In this document: piece after piece, positions 58,345-64,000 of the stretch
Layout of the letters: each line of letters begins with the position of its first letter
Position numbering within the stretch: position 1 is the first letter of the stretch
Assembly: GCF_006345805.1 (NCBI RefSeq)
Contig: NC_042998.1
Coordinates: 175,212,001 to 175,276,000 of the forward strand
Source: Octopus sinensis
Taxonomy: Eukaryota
DNA length: 64,000 nt
Reading direction: 5' to 3'
Made by a program: the position numbers and the translations under genes
The notes under the pieces: model-generated
The model's input: only the letters and a program-made list of their open reading frames with translations
Databases searched by the model: none
Told to the model about the DNA's origin: nothing

Positions 58345-58475
58345 ATAATAATAATAATAATGAAATTATTTTATACAGTGCTCAGGTGCACCACAACTTG
58401 TCAAAAGTGTGTATAAAGCATATGCAGTAATGTACAAATGTTTGGAAAGTGAACAGTGTATGAGTCAGATACATG
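58345..58475 (-). mobile_element. CR1 3'UTR fragment
   Basis: (aat)n-gaaattat...acagtgctcaggtgcaccacaacttgtc, same as 10925. Confidence 0.8.
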
Positions 58476-58743
58476 CATGCATGGTGTGTGTTCATATAAT
58501 TTTGTATGTATGCATAGGTGTGTGTTTCAATTTTATTGTTCCAGTGTTATGCAAGTTGTAAACAAACATCACTATCATACAAGCAGTACTGTTCTCAGTC
58601 TCGCACATAAACATGTTCCAACTCAAGGGGGAAATACTACATTGTTTGGAAACAGGTTCAGGAAAAGCATCTAGCCATAGAAAATCTGCCTCAATGAATC
58701 CTATCGAACTCCTGCAAAAATGGAAGTGTAGTCATTAAGATAA

Positions 58744-59137
58744 TCTCTTTTACTTCTTTCAGTCATTTGACTGCGACCATGCTGGAGCACCGCCTTTGGT
58801 CGAGCAAATGGACCTTGCGACTTATTCTTTGTAAGCCCAGTACTTATTCTATCGGTCTCTTTTGCCGAACCGCTAAGTGACGGGGACGTAAACACACCAG
58901 CATCAGTTGTCAAGCAATGCTAGAGGGACAAACACAGACACACAAACATATACGCACACATACATATATACGACAGGCTTCTTTCAGTTTCCGTCTACCA
59001 AATCCACTCACAAGGCTTTGGTCGGCCCAGGGCTATAGCAGAAGACACTTGCCCAAGATGCCACGCAGTGGGACTGAACCCAGAACCATGTGGTTGGTCA
59101 GCAAGCTACTTACCACACAGCCACTCCTGCGCCTATA
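58744..59137 (-). mobile_element. Full-length tRNA-head SINE family A
   Basis: Reverse complement of the 13784 copy. Confidence 0.9.
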
Positions 59138-59883
59138 ATGATGATGATGATACATACACATATATGTGCATATATAATGGTGATTTATTCTTCTGTTAGT
59201 TTTGACAATCAACATTCAGGTGTTTAGTTAACTGACCTACCTACTCATTAAATTTAATATGTAAGTGGCTGAATATTCCACAGACATATATATGCTTAAT
59301 GTAATTCATAACCCAAATGAGCAAGACACAATACATAATAAAGCTTGAGTTTTCAATTGCATACACAATCTATCCGACAGGTTCTCTCTCTGCCAAATTT
59401 CATTTGCATCATGCCATACGATCAAATCCAATACCTGACATTTGCAAAGCAAACTTATCCACTTAGCTATACCTGCATCCATATGTGTGTTTGTATTTGC
59501 ATTCGTTTATTTCTTCAATGTCTTCTCAGCTCTACATCTTTACTAATTTCTATCATAGATTATACAGCATTCGTACACATACATTTTTAACCACCATTCT
59601 TTCCATGAATTTTTTTTTTATTACTACTGTTCTCACTATTTGGCTTTCATCCTACTGATTGACTGTAAGTCAGTAAATGTATCTCTGTCATACCCACAAC
59701 CTACATACATGCAGGTATGTGTGTGTGTGTATATACACATATATATATATATACACACATACACACACACACATGAATACCACATCTAATGAGCTTAAAA
59801 CCTGGCTTTCCAAGTTCTGCTTTTGTTCATGTTTGATATGGAAATAGTTTCAAAAGTCTATTGGCTGAGTTGTACAGTATGTA

Positions 59884-59917
<34 letters not shown>

Positions 59918-60466
59918 ATGTATATAAATTATTTATTCACATTTTCCCCCACCAAAATTATCTTGTATACATAACTACATGCAAAAAAAAAATTTATATT
60001 AAAATGCATACAGTTTTTTTTTTTTTTCTGCATTTACAAAAGACTATTGTTTGATGAGAAAAGAACACAGAATAGAAACTCCCTAAAAAGAAAAAAAAAA
60101 TTTTATATTTTCCTCACAGAAGGAGAACAATATTACAGATTTCCTTGGAATGAAATGATGTGATAAAAACTCTTGTTTTAATTAAAAATCATGAAAAGAA
60201 AGAAAAAACCCACCTATGTGTTTCTACAAACATTGTAAATAAAAAAACGTTAATCCAAAATGAGTTTATGAATAAACTATAACAGATTTTAATCTAGCTT
60301 TTGTTATTTCATTACCTTTTTTTTTAGTTGCTTTTTTTTCCTCCATTTTTTTTCCTTTAGTGAAATTATGATTTTTCTAAAAGCACCAGCAATTGATGAA
60401 TCCAGAAAGTAACCTGAAATATTAGAACTTTCTTTTTCTTCAGAATACAAAATGTATATATATATA

Positions 60467-60625
60467 TGACTTCAGGAAACATTTTTTCACACTGAGAGTT
60501 GCTGAAGCGTGGAACAAACTGCCGGCATCAGTTGTTAGTTGTCGGAGCACTGCATCCTTCAAAACTTCCATGCTTTCTGAGATTCGCCAACACTACACCT
60601 GATTATTATTATTATTATTATTATA
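60467..60625 (+). mobile_element. CR1 extreme 3' coding end, directly followed by (ATT)n
   Basis: [31 protein letters not shown]...HYT*. Confidence 0.85.
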
Positions 60626-60640
60626 TATATATATATTTAT

Positions 60641-61027
60641 ACTCTTTTACTTGTTTCAGTCATTTGACTGTGATCATGCTGGAGCACTGCCTTTAGTCGA
60701 GCAAATTGACCCCAGGACTTATTCTTTGTAAGCCTAGTACTTATTCTGTCGGTCTCTTTGCCGAACTGCTAAGTTACGGGGATGTAAACACACCAGCATT
60801 GGTTGTCAAGCGATGTTGGGGGACACAGACACACAAACATACACACACACACACACACAGAAACACACACATATATATACAATGGGCTTCTTTCAGTTTC
60901 CATCTACCAAATCAGCTCACAAGGCTTTGGTCGGCCCGAGGCTATAGTAGAAGACACTTGCCCAAGGTTCCATGCAGTGGGACTGAACCCGGAACCATGT
61001 AGTTTGTAAGCAAGCTACTTACCACAC
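60641..61027 (-). mobile_element. tRNA-head SINE family A (head slightly truncated)
   Basis: Reverse complement of the family A body. Confidence 0.88.
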
Positions 61028-61279
61028 CATCATCATCATCATTTTAACATCTACTTTTGTGTGTTTGCATGGGTCAGATAGAGTCTATTGAGGTAGATTT
61101 TCCACAACTGGATGCCCTTCCTGTTTCCAAGAAAGGTGATATTTCTCTATGGCCAGACATGTTCTTGCAGAATAACACTGTCTGTATGACTGACAACCAT
61201 TTACAACTATCATGTAATATCAAGGAAAGGAGACATACACATACTCATGCACCACCCTGTCTTGAATTCTGTTCTGTCT

Positions 61280-62200
61280 CCAACACTTCTTGTTAACTTC
61301 CTAGATATTTCTGTTGCCTTCAGACACTCCTCTCATACCAGAGATTCCTGTCACAACTCCTACCACCCTACCAACACCAAACAGTCCATTCTCAATACTT
61401 CCATCTCCATCAGCTCTGTAGTGACAACCATAACTTTGAGACATAGTTAACTCATAGCTCACCACTTCACTCAACAATGATAAGCCTCTGCTGCTATCCA
61501 AATCGGCCTTGCTTGTAACTGGTTTGTTGACTGCACATCCGCCCTCTCTCCATGTGCTCACCCCACCCTTACCTGCCTCCATTTTCCCCTTACCTACCAT
61601 CTCTCCATCTCTATGCTAACCCTCCAATGCACTATTTTACGTACTTTCCACCAACTCCTATCTGACCCCTCCACCACCCTCATCTTCCACAACCATCTCT
61701 CTCCTCTAAATGTGCCTCAACATATGTAACCTACAGGTCCATAGCTTTACCCCTCCCTGCACTCAATCTAATTCCTTCCCTTGTTCTCATCCACACCGCC
61801 ACATTTCACATACACACGACCTTCCTCTCCAACTCCACTATCCTCACCTATTCTCACAGTCACATAAGAAACTCATTCACTTGCACCTCTAGCAATTAGA
61901 TTTACTGCATCCTTTGCTCTCTTTGCCTCTCCCTCTACATTGGACAAACTGGTCAGTGTATAGCTGACTGTTTTGCTGAACTACTACAGAACATCTGACT
62001 TGGTAATAACACTCCAGTTTCATAACATTTCCACTCAACTGTTCATTCCCTACAACATTTGTATACTTTTGAACTGGTTTTGCACAGAGGTCACCGGGAC
62101 TCCCTCTTTCATCTGGAGTAAGAATTAATTTTTTCTCACCTTACCCCTCCTCCCTACACAGTTACACACACTACACATTTCTTACCTTCCTACTGCCCCC
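61280..62200 (+). mobile_element. Decayed Penelope-like element (RT C-terminus + GIY-YIG endonuclease)
   Basis: FLDISV...PTNTKQ RT thumb-like segment; FTCTSSN*IYCILCSLCLSLYIGQTG at 61876. Confidence 0.78.
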
Positions 62201-63041
62201 TCAACTTCTATCCCCCTCACACTAGCACCCACACTTCCCTCCACCTACACTATTGCCACCTGTATTCCACCTAACACCTATTCAATATGACACACTCGAC
62301 ATCCTCCTATAATACACACGACAGATTGCTTCACATGCACACATACATAGGACCAAATACACATACACAAGCATATGAAAAATACAGGCATGCATTAAGC
62401 TTCTCACAAACACACACACATACACACTCTTGTCTGGTAGCCTCATACACACACACCAATTGAAAATGGACATAAACACACACATGCATGCACATAAACA
62501 TAGTATATGTACATGCAATTGCATCTCACACACATGTACACACACACATCCTAGCTACATATGCATGCACACATAAACATATGCATACTTGCACACACAT
62601 ACTCCTCCAAAAGCCTCATACATACACATGCCTCTACACCACACATGTATACATACATATAAACACACAGAATATATACACACAGACACATGTACATTCA
62701 CATACACACATTAGCTTTATACACAAACATGCTTGCTCTCACACACACACATGTAGAAGTGCTTACTCACACACACATACATATGCCAGATCACTATTAT
62801 TCCCCTTACCGCCCATGCTCCAAGCCAACTTCTTCCTTTTCCAGCCATTTCAGCATAAGATAACTATCTAATTGAAATATATACGTTCTTTTCTCTCTGT
62901 GCTTTTTTTCTCTTCATCTATCCTTTCCATAGAAGAGCATATGCCCAAAATGTTAAAAATATTCTAATTTTGTGAATGTAAACCTAATACACATTTTTTT
63001 ACCAAATCTTCGGGGTTTTTTTTTTACTTTTGTACTCTCTT

Positions 63042-63091
<50 letters not shown>

Positions 63092-64000
63092 AGCATATTA
63101 AAAACAAAACAGCAAAAGTCAAAAGAATGTACCCAGAGAATGTATAAGGTTGACGCTCAGTATAAGATGGTAGAAGGATAGGGCATGTAACATTTCAAGG
63201 ATGAAATTTTGTCAGAAAGAAGAGAGATAGGAAAGGTCCAGTATAAGTACACACACACACATATATGCAACAGACTTCTATTGGTTTCCATCTAGCAAAT
63301 CCACTCAAGCTATAGTAGAAGACACTGTGCAACTGAATCCAGAACCAGGTGGTTGAGAAGCAAACTTCTTGCCGTATAGCCACACCCACACATATATAAG
63401 ATCCAAGGTATATAAACAAAAATGAGCTAAGAAAAAGAATTTAAATCAGTCAGTGGCATGTAATTAACAAAAACAAATACAAGCATATCAAAAGCATACA
63501 ACATAAATTCTTGATTTATGAAAGTTATCTCTACTTCTAGAGATGTGTCATAATAACCAAATGGCAAATAAAACCGTATTAGAAGGAGAAATAATATCAA
63601 GTGTCAAGAATTTGACCATGTTGGTATGTTATTAAAGAAAAGGCAAGCTTATATATAGAGAGAGGGTTCCAAAGAATAAACAGAAACACAAAGAAACAAA
63701 CAGAATATTCACACAAGACACAGATGTTGCTCTTTCTTCATCAGTATTTGTCCAAAAAATCCTTACAATTTCACATCTTTAACTGATAATATTGTTCCTA
63801 TTTGGTAGCATCAACAGCAAGAAGCTGGTGGGAATAGTGAGCGAATGTTGAGGACAGAGGTGAAAACAAACATGGTACAAATGTGAATATATAAACAAAA
63901 TAAAAGATGAATATACACAAATATATATATAAGTTCAGTAACATTTAGATTCAGATGAATATGGTACTTCAGTTAAAGGCACCAGAATTTAGTATGGTAT

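Noticed and set aside
59940-60460. A/T-tract-rich, 3'UTR-like stretch (also 63400-64000) hinting at a neighbouring gene
   Set aside because: No exon, splice or coding evidence within the window.

Overview
AT-rich, repeat-dense animal genomic DNA; the SINE/LINE/MITE families look like those of Octopus (inference from recognition, not a search). One protein-coding gene is well supported: a + strand MAP3K2/MAP3K3 (MEKK2/3)-type kinase with 14 clear coding exons at 26571-49640 (N-terminal PB1 domain, Ser-rich linker, C-terminal kinase domain). All 13 introns between these exons are GT-AG and phase-consistent. The protein is 618 aa from the in-frame ATG at 26588, or about 625 aa with a separate upstream start exon (candidates 22674-22697 and 12818-12968). 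The rest is intronic/intergenic sequence filled with tRNA-head SINEs, RTE-related SINEs, CR1, R4/Dong and Penelope remnants, a mariner, a Merlin fragment, a Helitron, hAT/piggyBac/Tigger MITEs, foldback elements and microsatellites. Four observations stand out. (1) A very recent multi-junction templated duplication in the last intron copies the exon-10 splice acceptor and could create a truncating alternative last exon, flanked by competing hairpin arms. (2) Minimal hammerhead-ribozyme-like motifs with an A6U core variant occur in Penelope-derived repeats. (3) A cluster of genomic residues (PB1 QNNLD..K, kinase ILKN) would revert to the vertebrate consensus by A-to-I recoding. (4) The kinase has an unusual HRDIKCAN catalytic loop and GPGAFG loop. 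All alignments were done by eye and vertebrate comparisons are from memory.
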